Assembly: GCA_951406725.2 (NCBI GenBank)
Contig: OX597834.1
Coordinates: 18,104,001-18,168,000, forward strand
Length of the DNA stretch: 64,000 nt
Origin: Octopus vulgaris
Lineage: Eukaryota
Reading direction: 5' to 3'
The notes under the pieces are model-generated. The model searched no databases, was not told the origin of the DNA, and worked only from the letters and a program-made list of their open reading frames with translations. Both the position numbers and the translations under genes were made by a program. How positions within the stretch are numbered: the first letter of the stretch is position 1; the number at the start of each line of letters is the position of its first letter. Below are positions 38,999 through 51,560 of this stretch, in pieces.

Positions 38999-39231
38999 TA
39001 TTTCTTTATTACCCACAAGGGGCTAAACACAGAGGGGACAAACAAGGACAGACATAGGTATTAAGTTGATTACATCGACCCCAGTGCGTAACTGGTACTT
39101 AATTTATCGACCCCGAAAGGATGAAAGGTAAAGTCAACCTCGGCGGAATTTGAACTCACAGCGTAATGGCAGACGAAATATGGCTACGCATTTCGCCCGG
39201 AGTGCTAACGTTTCTGCCAGCTCGCCGCCTT
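38999..39231 (-). mobile_element. SINE family B with 17-bp TSD
   Basis: TSD CACACGGAGAGGATACC at 38982-38998 and 39232-39248. Confidence 0.93.
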
Positions 39232-39545
39232 CACACGGAGAGGATACCGTTCTATCACAAATTACCTTTCCCTCAGACAGAATTGAACTCTCGTGTAGAG
39301 AAACCAAACCTGGGACATTGTCATTGTGAAGCAAACTTCTTAACCATTCACATACTTATTGTGTCTACATACATCCGTGCACATATGTCTACACACATTC
39401 AGACATATTCATTTCCTAATTTGTCTTTCCTTACCTTCACCATTCTATCACAACTTCATTCTCGTTAAATGAAATGTTATTTTCAGTGGAAACACTTTTC
39501 CTGTTGTCAGTTACTTTTAACTTATGGTTTTGTTTTTCTCTTCAG

Positions 39546-39727
39546 ATTCTTGTAGCACAAAAGAATGGTATAATTCGGTTTTTCAGTCTTCATAACCAGC
39601 AACCTATCATGTCACTGGACTGTGGTCAAGCTCCACTCATGGCAGCAGATTGGTGCCATATCAATTCTCTTGCTGTTGTTGCTGCTGCAGCCACAGATTG
39701 GATATTGTTTGATTCCTCTGTATCTAG
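39546..39727 (+). CDS. NUP37: Nup37 exon 5
   Basis: TTCAG acceptor. Encodes ILVAQKNGIIRFFSLHNQQPIMSLDCGQAPLMAADWC...DWILFDSSVS. Donor GTAGGT, 182 nt, ends phase 2. Confidence 0.95.
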
Positions 39728-40069
39728 GTAGGTTCATCTGATGTCATTACAAAAGTAGGTCAGCACACCATTGTGAGGCTTGGTGTACAAGGGATTTCTT
39801 ACATAGCATGTGATATTATTTTTTAATAAAACCATAGACTGTTATTGTTAATGTTAAATACTATTATCATTGTTATTAAGGCAGTAAGCTGCTGAGTGAA
39901 AAGCTAAGCAGCATTCTGTCCATCTTTAATTTCTGACTTCAAATTCCATCAAGGTTGACTTTACCCTTTATCCTCTCGGGGTCGATAAATTAAGTACCAG
40001 TGAAACACTGGGGTTGATGTAACCGACTAGTCCCCTTTCCCAAAATTTCAGGTCTTGTGCCTTTAGTAG

Positions 40070-40218
40070 AGGGTGCACACTCTCCTACCCTGATGTAATC
40101 TCCAGGGATACAGGCATCCAGCAACAGGACCTCCGTAATGCCGTGATGGACCGTGAAGTCTGGCGTAGCATGGTAAATTCCATTGTCTCGACCACGGTCA
40201 AACAATGATGATGATGAT
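40070..40218 (+). mobile_element. Very short LINE 3' end (RTE-like) with (TGA)n tail
   Basis: Encodes DVISRDTGIQQQDLRNAVMDREVWRSMV. A second copy lies at about 49696-49808. Confidence 0.75.
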
Positions 40219-40889
40219 TATTATTACTTAGCCATCCCCATGGAATTTCCATGTTTTATACATACTCTTATTTCTATTGTGATGCTTAAATTTATAGATC
40301 TTTGTTTCTTTATTATAAAAATTTTGATTATATCTTTGATTTTATTTCATAGTTAAGGTTATTTAAAGCATAACTTTGAAACACACATCATGACAAACAT
40401 TATTACTATTATTATAGTGAAGTAGTTTTATTTTTATCATGTGCTTTTACTACAGAACTGGGTTGAGCTCTGTAAGCATTGAGCATTGCAAGCTAAAGAT
40501 CACTTGTTAATTCTGCTACTAGCAGTGATGAATTATAGCCCCCACAGCACCTTAGTGGATGGAGATATAAATGCAAGCCATGCCATTGACTTCTTAGCTG
40601 TTGTCTATGTCATATCCGCCAACTGGGTATAAATGCAAGGGCTGCACACTGGGACTTCAATCCAACTCTTGTTTCTCCTTAGTCTCTCTTCAAGATGACT
40701 CCCACTGTCAGCTCCGAGTATCTTGAATACTCTTTCTCCATTGAAGAGCTGCATAGATAGCCAAGCAACTAACACTGAAGTTGGTTCCCCTGCTTCCATG
40801 TTCTTCTTAGTGCTACAGTCTAGTGTCCTATGCTCTGTATAACCTTATGTCATGTTCTTAAATGTTTGATTTGCTTGAGTTGAACCAGC

Positions 40890-41118
40890 TAGCTGGCAGA
40901 AACATTAGCACGCCGGGCGAAATGCATAGCCGTATTTCGTCTGTCGTTACGTTGTGAGTTCAAATTCCGCCGAGGTCGACTTTGCCTTTCATCCTTTCGG
41001 GGTCGATAAATTAAGTACCAGTTACGCAGTGGGGTCGATGTAAAACGACTTAATACCTATGTCTGTCTTTGTTTGTCCCCTCTGTGTTTAGTCCCTTGTG
41101 GGTAATAAAGAAATAGGT
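40890..41118 (+). mobile_element. SINE family B
   Basis: Near-identical to 38999-39231 in the opposite orientation. Confidence 0.92.
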
Positions 41119-41249
41119 TACTCAACAACTTTATACTTTGTTTCTCTGTTCCGGAAACTAACAAACCGAAGTTTAAAATAGCAATGAAATGTTAACGAAT
41201 ATTTTACTGATGTTATTTTTCTGTCATTATACTCTCTTTCATATTTCAG

Positions 41250-41385
41250 TGGTCCAGCTGATAAGAAACAAGCCCATCCTGATGGTATTACTCAGCTTCG
41301 TTGGTGTAAATGTTCAGACAACCTTTTGGCTACCATTGGACATCCAGGCTGTCAAGTAAAATTATTCAATGTCAAAGGTCAACAG
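41250..41385 (+). CDS. NUP37: Nup37 exon 6
   Basis: TTCAG acceptor. Encodes (S)GPADKKQAHPDGITQLRWCKCSDNLLATIGHPGCQVKLFNVKGQQ. Donor GTATGT, 136 nt. Confidence 0.93.
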
Positions 41386-42820
41386 GTATGTGGTAACAAA
41401 AATAAATAAATAAATAACTAAATAAAAAGAACACCATTTCTTTTGTAAGCAGTAAATTTTCTTTTTACTGACGGCTTCCATTTTTAAAACTTTAACCCAC
41501 CTCAGGTTATTGCAATAAATGTTCCTCTTTCTCCTCCTCCTCCTCATCATCATCAAACATCCATGTTTCCTGCTGGTGTGGATTGGACAGTTTGACAGGA
41601 TCTGATGGACTTGAGGACTGCATCATGCTCGAGTGTCTGATTTGGCATGGTTTCCACAGTTGGATTTCCTCCCTAACACTTTACAGTGTGTAGGGGGTGC
41701 TATTTTCGTGTCACTGGCACTAGTGAGGTTATCACACAGTTTGCAAGGTTGTGGACCCCTAGGGGAAAAAAAAGGGACATGAGGGGCAAAAGACGAGTAA
41801 AAGTACAAGAGAAGGGTCCAGAGCAGAACAGGTTTTAATTTTCTATGTAGAGGAGCTACATACAACTCACATTTTAGAAGAGTAGAAGAGAGGGTAGAAG
41901 TGATCGAATGAGGCCTGAATGTTTACTGAAGTATTTCTACATTCTCTGTATTTTGCATGCTTTATGTCTATAACTTCTGTTCTTCCTTAAAATACTTTAA
42001 CTGCTCCTTCAACTACAATCGAAATATTTTGTTTGCCAGCCTCGCCTCGCCCCCGTGCCGGTGGCACGTAAAAAGCACCATCCAACCGTGGCCGTTTGCC
42101 AGCCTCGCCTGGACCCCGTGCTGGTGGCACGTAAAAAGCACCATCCGATCGTGGCCGTTGCCAGCCTCACCTGGCACGTAAAAAGCACCATCCGATCGTG
42201 GCCGTTGCCAGCCTCACCTGGCAACACAAAAACTGGGTTTCTTCTTCAGAACCTTTTCGCCCAGGGTTGTCAGTTACTAATTCATTATGAAGCAGGCATA
42301 AATTCTTTCTCCTGAATTTTGTACCTATGTCAGTGATGACCTCTTACTCATTCTCAAACAACTTGAGGACATGTAGACAAAAAGTCTGTGAGTCCTTTAA
42401 GAGTTTTTAACTATTTTCAAAAATATAGTGCAGTTCTAATCACCATCATCAACCTAGACATTACTGTCTTAAACCCAAGGATTCATAGGGGGCAGTTTCC
42501 TGGTTCCTATGGTGTACAAGTGACCACGATCACAATATTCTCCCTGAATAGAATGCTAGTCTATTGAAGGGTTATCTATTTACAGCTGATGGACTGGAAC
42601 AATGTGAAATGAAGTGTTTTGCTCAAGAACACAATGCACTGCCCAGTCTGGATATCGAAACATGATCTTATGATTGTGAGCACAACATTCAGGCTACTAG
42701 GCACCAATGGTGGAGAATGAACTCACAATCCTTTGACTAAAAATCTGCTCCTTACCTATTTATTAATTTGGCAGCAGGGTTTTTCAATGTTATATATGTT
42801 GTTATAATCTGCTCCTTACC

Positions 42821-43236
42821 TCTCTTACTCTTTTACTTGTTTCAGTCATTTGACTGCGGCCATGCTGGAGCACCGCCTTTAGTCGAGCAAATCGACCCCG
42901 GGACTTATTCTTTGTAAGCCCAGTACTTATTCTATCGGTCTCTTTTTACCGAACCGCTAAGTGACGGGGACGTAAACACACCAGCATCGGTTGTCAAGCA
43001 ATGCTAGGGGGACAAACACAGACACACAAATACACACACACACACATACATATATATATACATACATATATACGACAGGCTTCTTTCAGTTTCCGTCTAC
43101 CAAATCCACTCACAAGGCATTGGTCGGCCCGAGGCTATAGCAGAAGGCACTTACCCAAGATGCCACGCAGTGGGACTAAACTCGGAACCATGTGGTTGAT
43201 AAGCAAGCTACTTACCACACAGCCACTCCTGCGCCT
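42821..43236 (-). mobile_element. CORE-type SINE family A, full length
   Basis: Complete head to tail. Inserted into the second unit of a tandem duplication of about 64 bp. Confidence 0.93.
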
Positions 43237-43371
43237 ATTTATTAATTTGGCAGCAGGATTTTTCAGTGTTATATATGTTGCTACAACAATGTGTAATGTT
43301 ATTTTGATCACCATTTGATATAACCATATTGAGAACGACTGTTGAATTGTGTTTCTTTTGTTTCTTTCTAG

Positions 43372-43488
43372 TTACTTATGTCCCAGTCATACGCTGTGGG
43401 CTCAGGACTCACATGGCATCTAAACCTACCAATATTTGCTGTTGGTGGAGACAAATTTGTATATTTCTGGTCAGCAACAGCTTCTTGA
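43372..43488 (+). CDS. NUP37: Nup37 exon 7 (terminal)
   Basis: TTCTAG acceptor. Encodes LLMSQSYAVGSGLTWHLNLPIFAVGGDKFVYFWSATAS-stop, matching the Nup37 C-terminus (AVGSGLSWH..LP...GGD). TGA at 43486-43488. Confidence 0.94.
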   Translation, partial: LLMSQSYAVGSGLTWHLNLPIFAVGGDKFVYFWSATAS

Positions 43489-43535
43489 AGTCATACATGT
43501 TATACATAATTATTCATAATTCACTTTATTTCTAT

Positions 43536-43541
43536 AATAAA
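43536..43541 (+). terminator. Putative polyadenylation signal of Nup37
   Basis: AATAAA about 47 nt after the stop, followed by T-rich sequence. Confidence 0.55.
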
Positions 43542-44147
43542 TCTTTTTTTAAAAAATTCCCCTTTCTTATGTATATATTTTATGTATTTTATCTACTTGT
43601 TTCAATCATTAGACTGTGGCCATGCTGGGGCACCACCTTGAGGAATTTTTAATTGAATGAATCACCTTCAGTACTTTTTTTTTAAAGTGTGATATTTATT
43701 TTATTGATCTGTTCTGCCGAAGCACTAAATCATGGGGACATAAACACCACAGCACCGGCTGTTGAGTGAGGTAGGATGCGGGCAAATACAGACACATATC
43801 ATAATCATTTAATGTCCATTTTCCATGCAGGCTAGTCAATTACAGTGACCCCAGTATTCAACTGGTACTTGTTTTTATTGGCCCCGAAAGGATGAAAGGC
43901 AAAGTTGACCTCGGCAGTATTTGAACTCAGAACATAGAGATGGACGAAATGCTGCTAAGCATTTTGCCTGGAATGCTAACGATTCTGCCATAATGTTTCT
44001 AACAAAGGCACAGATCTTGAAATTTAGAGGAAGTGGAAGGTACTTACTGGTACTTTATTTCACTGACTCAGAAATGATGAAATGCCAAGTTGATTTCAGC
44101 AGATATTGAATTCAGAACACAAAGAGCTGAAATATGATGATGATAAG

Positions 44148-44530
44148 TGAGTGGCTGTGTGGTAAGTAGCTTGCTTACCAACCACATGGTTCCGGGTTCA
44201 TTCCCACTGCGTGGCACCTTGGGCAAGTGTCTTCTACTATAGCCTCGGGCCGACCAAAGCCTTGTGAGTGGATTTGGTAGACGGAAACTGGAAGAAGCCC
44301 GTCGTATATATGTGTATATATATATATATATGTGTTTGTGTTTGTCCCCCCACCATTGCTTGACAACCGATGCTGGTGTGTTTACGTCCCCGTAACTTAG
44401 CGGTTCAGCAAAAGAGACTGATAGAATAAGTACTAGGCTTACAAAGAATAAGTCCTGGGGTCAATTTACCCGACTAGAAGGTGGTGCTCCAGCATGGCCG
44501 CAGTCAAATGACTGAAACGAGTAAAAGAGA
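44148..44530 (+). mobile_element. CORE-type SINE family A (between Nup37 and MRPL23)
   Basis: Family A match. Confidence 0.92.
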
Positions 44531-44673
44531 AAAGCTTGAAATTTTGGGGGCAGATGTTAGTCAATTACATCGATCGCAATGTGCAAGTGGTTCTTTATTT
44601 TATAGACTCCAGAGGAATGAAAGGAAAAGTTGACCACAGCAGGATTTGAATTCAGATCATATAGAGCCAGAAT

Positions 44674-45053
44674 ACATCATCATCATCATCATCGTTTAGC
44701 GTCCGTTTTCCATGCTAGCATGGGTTGGACGGTTCAACTGGGGTCTGTGAAGCCGGAAGGCTTCATCAGGCCTAGTCAGATCTGGCAGTGTTTCTATGGC
44801 TGGATGCCCTTCCTAACACCAACCACTCCGTGAGTGTAGTGGGTGCTTTTTACGTGCCACCCGCACAGGTGCCAGACAGAGCTGGCAAACGGTCACGAAC
44901 GGATGGTGCTTTTTATGTGCCACAGGCACGGGGGTCAGGCAAGGCTGGCAACGGACACGAACGGATGGTGCTTTTTACGTGCCACAGGCATGGGGGCCAG
45001 GCAAGGCTGGCAACGGACACAAACGGATGGTGCTTTTTACGTGCCACTGGCAA
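44674..45053 (-). mobile_element. SINE-like family C
   Basis: Four subrepeats. Begins about 40 nt past the MRPL23 AATAAA. Confidence 0.88.
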
Positions 45054-45091
45054 TGATAATAATGTAAACAAAGAATATAACAAACTGCAAA

Positions 45092-45097
45092 TTTATT
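45092..45097 (-). terminator. Putative polyadenylation signal of MRPL23
   Basis: AATAAA on the minus strand about 35 nt after the TAG. Confidence 0.55.
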
Positions 45098-45131
45098 AAT
45101 TTCAAAAACTACAATATTGTGAAGGTTATTA

Positions 45132-45287
45132 CTATCGAAACCAAGGAGGTAGAGAAAGTTTACTCCAATTCTTTTGTTCATCAAGTGATTGTTTTTTCTT
45201 CAGGTTTTGGAATTCTTCAATTTCTTTCTCAATATTGGTTTTCTTTCCATCAAAAATATCTGGAAATTCAAATGTGTGGTCTCCACC
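45132..45287 (-). CDS. MRPL23: MRPL23 exon 5 (terminal)
   Basis: CCCAG acceptor. Encodes GGDHTFEFPDIFDGKKTNIEKEIEEF...SKLSLPPWFR-stop, matching uL23m TF.FPD.F and the terminal P.WF. Total CDS 480 nt, 159 aa. Confidence 0.94.
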   Translation of the reverse strand, partial: GGDHTFEFPDIFDGKKTNIEKEIEEFQNLKKKQSLDEQKNWSKLSLPPWFR

Positions 45288-47281
45288 CTGGGGAATCAAA
45301 TCAAAAAACAATATAACTTACAAAAATGAACTCAAAAGTATGACATACTTATTCAATTCTTAAACTTCAAACCCTACAATGTAATTTTCCTGGTAACCCC
45401 ATAAACTTCCCTATAGCAAGAATTTCTAGCAACTAAATATATATGTCTTAATGTTTACTTTTATATGCATTGAGACAGAATTTTTCTACAGCCAGATACA
45501 AGCATAAAAAAATTATGATAAATTTATTAGAAGCTATCCCATATCTAAGCTAAATCATTTGTTTGTGAGAGTTTGGTGATAAATATACAAGGAGAATCTC
45601 CCATTGCAGCTTAGAAATGAAAAGTTAATTTCATATAAGAACAGGCTTCCAATTTTGCTTTGTAACATTTTAGAGGAAACATAAAGGTTTGGTGAGAGGA
45701 AAGATTGCAAGTTCAATCTAATTAATAATAACGAGCTTATTGTGAGATTAAGAGGGGGCCAGAAAATAGCAAAAGTCAAGTAAAAAAAAGCAGTGATAGT
45801 CAAAGGTATATGCACAGTATATAGGATAAAACAAAATGACAAGTTAACAGGAAAGTGTGCACAGGGATGTCAGGAGAAGTGTTGGTGAATTTTGGGAAAG
45901 TAGGAATTTGTGAATTGATGCAATGTCTTAGCAACTAACAACTGATGCAGGCTGCTTCCATAATGGCATGTAAAATGGGCCAATGGACAAGTTTCAAAGG
46001 AGTTGCTTTGTTTAGTGGTAGTAGTGAGTGAGACTCCATAAAAATACAAAGGCAGGGTATAAATACAGAGCATGATTAGAAGAGGAAGAGACAGCAAGTG
46101 AAGAATAAAAGATATGTAGATCAGAAATACTGAGAGATTCATCATCATCATCATCGTCGTTTAACGTCAGTTTTCCATGCTAGCATGGGTTGGACGGTTC
46201 AACTGGGGTCTGGGAAGCCAGAAGGCTGCGCCAGGCCCAGTCTGATCTGGCAGTGTTTCTACGGCTGGATGCCCTTCCTAACGCCAACCACTTCGTGAGT
46301 GTAGTGGGTGCTTTTTACGTGCCAGGCTAGGCTGGCAAACGGCCACGATCGGATGGTGCTTTTTACGTGCCACAAAGTTAAATCTCATATTTTGATTCTG
46401 CCAATCCTAATCCTATAAATTTGAGTTTGTTGATCAGATATGCATGGGTTGGTTTCAACATGTGCATCTGTGTATGTCAACAGAAGAACTTTGTACACAC
46501 ACACACACAAACAAGATAATTTATTCCTTTAAACTCTTTACAAGCATGGCTGTTTGGTAAGAAGTTTTCTTCCCAACCATGTGGCTTCAGGTTTAATCAA
46601 ACTGCATGGCACCATGGGCACGTGTCTTCTACTATAGCCTTGGGTCAACCAAAGCCTTGTGAGTGCTTTTGGTAGATGGAAACTAAAAGAAGACTCATAT
46701 ATGTGTGTGTGTGTGTGTGTGTGTGTCTTTGAGTTTGTGATGCCTCTCCCCACTGTTTGACAACAGTGTTGGTTTATTAATGTCCTTGTAACTTAGCAGT
46801 TCAACAAAAGAGACTGATAGAATAAGCACCAGACTTTAAAATTAAGTACTGGACAGATTTGTTTGACTAAAAACCCTTCAATGCCCCAGCATGGCCATAG
46901 CCCAATGACAGAAAACAAGTAAATGAATAAAGATATACAAATGAAAACAAAATCCCAAACAATCTTCTACACATATCAAAACTACAATTACCTCCCTAAT
47001 TATACTAATCAGGTCGCTACCCATCACTGTGTTACCACTAAAAATATTTGCTAGTCTGTGTTGACAGAGTTTCACTTAAAATTCCCATGTTTTAAATCAA
47101 AACTTAGTTATATGGTGAAGACACTACCTATCTATCTATCTTTCACTCTCTCTCTCACTGTATTTCTCTCAACAACTTTTTCTCCTTCCCTTCTTCCCTC
47201 TTTCTACACATGTTATGACAGACAGACAGGTTGACTTTTACAATATGAGATTATTCATGGATTTTTTTTTCTTTTACTCAC

Positions 47282-47358
47282 CAATTGAACATATGCCATT
47301 TTGTAAGCATCTTCACGGAAAGCATCATATCTTTTTTCAGGGTGTTTCTTTACTTCAC
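47282..47358 (-). CDS. MRPL23: MRPL23 exon 4
   Basis: TCCAG acceptor. Encodes (G)EVKKHPEKRYDAFREDAYKMAYVQL, with the L23 signature YK.AYV.L. Donor GTGAGT. Confidence 0.94.
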
Positions 47359-47697
47359 CTGGATATTAAAAGGAAAAACATTTAGGAAACTGGCAGCAAT
47401 TGCTAGTACGTTACAGGAGCAACACTTAAGAAAGGCATGGCTGCGATGGCCATGAAATGTTCAGTTTCATAATAGGTTAAATCTACCTGCTTACAACAAG
47501 GTACCACAGTGAGGTATAATTGACAATAGCTTCATAGTCACAAGAACCAATGGGTGATTCATTGATGTAACAGTGCTGATTTTATCTTTAGTAGTAAGTA
47601 AAAATGACAACTAATGGCTTACCCTACAAGAGATTTGTCCCTTGACAAGAAATAAATAATAGTCCAATTTACTGCACATATTAGTAAATAATAATAA

Positions 47698-48890
47698 TCC
47701 TTTCTAATATAAGCACAAGACCTGAAATGTAGTGGAGAGGGCTAGTTGATTACATCAACTGCAGGGCTCCACTGGAACCGATTTCATCAACCCCAAAACG
47801 ATGAAAAGCAAAGTTGACCTCTGCAGAATTTGAACTCAGAATATAAAACTGGAAGGAAAGCTACTAAGCATTTTGCTCGACTCACTAACAATTCTACCAG
47901 CTCACTGCCTTAATAATAATAATAATGATAATCTTTTCTATAGGTACAAGGCCTAAAATTTTGGAGGAGAGGGATAATTGACTACATTAACCCCAGTGCT
48001 CAACTGGTACTTATTTTATCAACTTGAAAAGAAAGGCAAAGCCAACATGAGCAGAATTTGAACTTAGGACATAAAGATTAATGCTGCTAAGCATTTTGCT
48101 CGACTCACTAACAATTCTACCAGCTCACTGCCTTAATAATAATAATAATGATAATCTTTTCTATAGGTACAAGGCCTAAAATTTTGGAGGAGAGGGATAA
48201 TTGACTACATTAACCCCAGTGCTCAACTGGTACTTATTTTATCACAGAGAGAAAAAACAGAAAGTCAAACTTAGTGATAACAATAATTGTTTCAAATTTT
48301 GGTACAAGTCTAGCAATTTCAAAGGGAGGTGGCTAGCCAATAACATTGCCCCAGTCCTTGGCCAGTACTTTATTTTATCGACTCCAAAAGAGTGAAAAGC
48401 AAAACTGATCTCAGTGGAATTTGAACTTGTAACTCTAAGAACTGAAGAAATGCTGCTAAGCATTTTGCCTGATGTGCTATCAATCCTGTCAGCTCATCAC
48501 CTTTACAAAATTGTTTCAAATTTAGACAGAAGACCACCAATTTGTTTGTGATGGGGAGAAGTTAGTTGATACCTATTTCTTTACTACCCACAGAGGGGAC
48601 AAGCAAGGACAGACACACAGATTAAGTCGATTACATTGACTCCAGTGTGTAACTGGTACTTATTTAATCGACCCCGAAAGGATGAAAGGCAAAGTTGACC
48701 TCGGCGGAATTTGAACTCAGAACGTAACGGCAGACGAAATACAGCTACGCATTTCGCCCGGCATGCTAACGATTCTGCCAGCCCGCACCATCACCCCACT
48801 GTGCTTGATATATTTTATCAACTCCAAAAGGGTGAAAGGCAAAGTTGACCTTTGAACTCAGAATGTAAAGAGTCAGAAGAAATATAATGA
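47698..48890 (-). mobile_element. Cluster of old and young family B SINEs
   Basis: Several degenerate copies, one young copy (about 48570-48785), and a near-perfect duplication of about 160 bp (47862-48020 and 48085-48243). Confidence 0.8.
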
Positions 48891-48935
48891 AGCATTATTC
48901 AACAATCACCAATCTACTGTTGTGAATATACATAC

Positions 48936-49310
48936 AGAAGTGGGTGTGTGGTAAGTAGCTTGCTTCCCAACCGCATGGTTCTGGGTTCAGTTCCACTGCA
49001 TGGCACCTTGGGCAAGTGTGTTCTACTATAGCCTCAGGCTGACCAAAGCTTTGTAAGTGGATTTGTTAGATGGAAACTGAAAGAAGCCCGTTGTGTATAT
49101 ATATATATATATGTATGTATGTGTTTCTGTTTGTTCCCCTAACATCGCTTGACAAAAGATGCTGGTGAGTTTACGTCCCCGTTACCTAGAGGTTCAGCAA
49201 AAGAGACTGATAGAATAAGTACTAGGCTTACAAAGAATAAGTCCTGGAGTCGATTCATTCGACTAAGGGTGGTGTTTAGTCAAATGACTAAAACAAGTAA
49301 AAGAAAAAAA

Positions 49311-49312
<2 letters not shown>
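48936..49312 (+). mobile_element. CORE-type SINE family A
   Basis: Moderately diverged family A match. Confidence 0.88.
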
Positions 49313-49346
<34 letters not shown>

Positions 49347-50045
49347 TTTGTAGTAGTATAACTGTTGATAAATTAAGTACCTGCAGCATACTGAGGTTGA
49401 TCTAATCGACTGGCCCCATCCCCAAAAAAATTTTGGGCCTTGTGCCTAGAGTAGAAAAGAATATATATATATATAAAACAGTTATGACTGTGTCATCAAG
49501 AAGCTCACTTCCCAACCATGTGGTTCTGGGTTCAGACCCAGTCCACAGCATCTTGAACAAGTGTCTTCTACTTTTGCCCTGGGCTGACCAAAGCCTTGTG
49601 AATGGATATGGTAGACAGAAACTGAAAAGAAGCCTATCATGAATGTATGTGAGTGAGCGAGTGAGTTCATATTTTCCTTGCATTCACTTGTTTGTAGGAT
49701 ACAGGCATCCAGCAACAGGACCTCCGTAATGCTATGATGGACCGTGAAGTCTGGCGTAACATAGTAAATTCCATTGTCTCGACTACGGTCGAACAATGAT
49801 GATGATGATTGTTTGTAAACAATGGTTTCCTGGTAGTGTCATTTGCTTGCTGTCCACCATGAAAGCATGTCCTGGATGTTTGTTGTTCAACAGAATGTGC
49901 GATTATTACTTTTGAAAACAGGTGGGGTTGGTGACAGAAAGAGCTTCCAGTTGTTGAAAACTCTGACCCAATGTACTCTCATCTGACCTTTGCAAGTATA
50001 GGCAAGTAGACATTAAAACGTTAATGATAATCATGATAATCTCAC

Positions 50046-50128
50046 CTTCATGGGTTCTCGTCGAAACAGATACTACCGGGACTTTATAGATCTTCTCTAA
50101 ATAGTTTCTTATATCAATTTTACTCATT
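50046..50128 (-). CDS. MRPL23: MRPL23 exon 3
   Basis: TGCAG acceptor. Encodes MSKIDIRNYLEKIYKVPVVSVSTRTHE(G), the L23 core motif (D.RNYLE.IY.VPV..V.T). Donor GTGAG. Confidence 0.96.
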
Positions 50129-51410
50129 CTGCAAAATAAAGAACAGAGAAAACAGGTGACTTGGGGGAAAATGACATATTGGAGAAGCAGTTTCCTTTTT
50201 GTCTTACTTGGTTTTAAATGTCAGGAATGCAAAGTAGAACACCCTCAACTTACTTTCACTTTCTCTTCATCTGATCTAAAACAAGGTCATGGGTCCCATC
50301 ACATGTGTGTGTTTGTCTGTGTGTGTATGACCAAGTCTTGACATTATTTATGACATCATTGTCATACAAGTGATGTTGTTCATTTCCAAACTTCTATACT
50401 GAAATGAAATTAAGCACCTGTTTTCTGCCTGCCTATTCCTGATCATCAGTACTGACTTCATGGTATAGATGAATAGAAGTTGTGACATTCATACCTTTCC
50501 CAAAAGTGTTTCAGTATAGCTACAAACAGGGAAACAAAATCAAGTTACGGAACTGGCTCAGGGATCTCCACAGCTTGTCAACTGAACACCATATTTCATG
50601 GAAATTATACATCTTGGACTTCTGACTGGTAGTCCAGTTTGAAGTGTTTGGAAACAGATGAAGGTTGGTAACAGGAAAGGTATCCGGCTATATAAAATCT
50701 GCCTCAATAAAATCCACCTGACCCATGCAAGCATGGAATGGTGGATGCTAAATGATGACAATGAATGAACCAACAAAGGAGTGCTCTGCATGATTGAAGG
50801 AGATAGTTATTGTTTAAAGCTAGGTCAATCCTGATTGAACAGACTTATGATAAAAAGCATTCCAGCCTTGGTTATCCTATCATGTTTTATATCAAGGACT
50901 GCATTGTTCAATGCATTCTTCCTTTAACCCTTTAGTGTTCATATTATTCTGCCAAAATTAATCCTTTTTGATCCACATTATTTTGAACTAATCAGGCATT
51001 ATCTTGTAGCTATGAGATTTTGATGAGGTAGCTGTTAATTTTTCAAACGATATTGTAGGGTTGGTGTGAAAGACCAGATCTGGCCTGTTTGAACATAAAA
51101 CAGGCTGAATACTTTTGGCTGGATATGGCCGGTTTAAATGATAAAGGGTTAAGTTTGTAAGGTGTGATTTGAGGGAGACTTGGCTGCTACTTCTAACATA
51201 TGCATAACCACATTTTAGTGCCCGTGGCTAGAAAAGCTGAAATATGTTCATACTATTGAAGTAACCAAGTATTTTCTTCTTTTTTTTCATTAAAAACAGA
51301 TGTTTGTCCTTCAATCTGCTCATCAATCAATATTATAAAAGTAGTGGTTATTGTTTCTGCTAATCAATTTCTGAGAGACTTTGAAACAGAGGAAGAAAAA
51401 CTATACTTAC

Positions 51411-51560
51411 TGTGGATGTACAATGAAATGAACTCTGTTAGGTGGAACTTTTCCTTTTGGTTTTACCATTTTCATCCAAAATTGTGGAAGAAATAAATAG
51501 CGCTGTGGATTGCCTTGCCAGTATACTGGAAACTTAGGAATAGACTGTTTCCATAAGGGC
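51411..51560 (-). CDS. MRPL23: MRPL23 exon 2
   Basis: TGTAG acceptor. Encodes (L)PLWKQSIPKFPVYWQGNPQRYLFLPQFWMKMVKPKGKVPPNRVHFIVHP(Q), resembling uL23m YPLY..GNPQ.R.FLP.FWMKLV.P. Donor GTAAGT. Confidence 0.92.

Noticed and set aside
45560-46140. Possible ancient CR1-like LINE remnant on the minus strand (similar at 20026-20400)
   Set aside because: Too decayed to show diagnostic RT motifs by eye.
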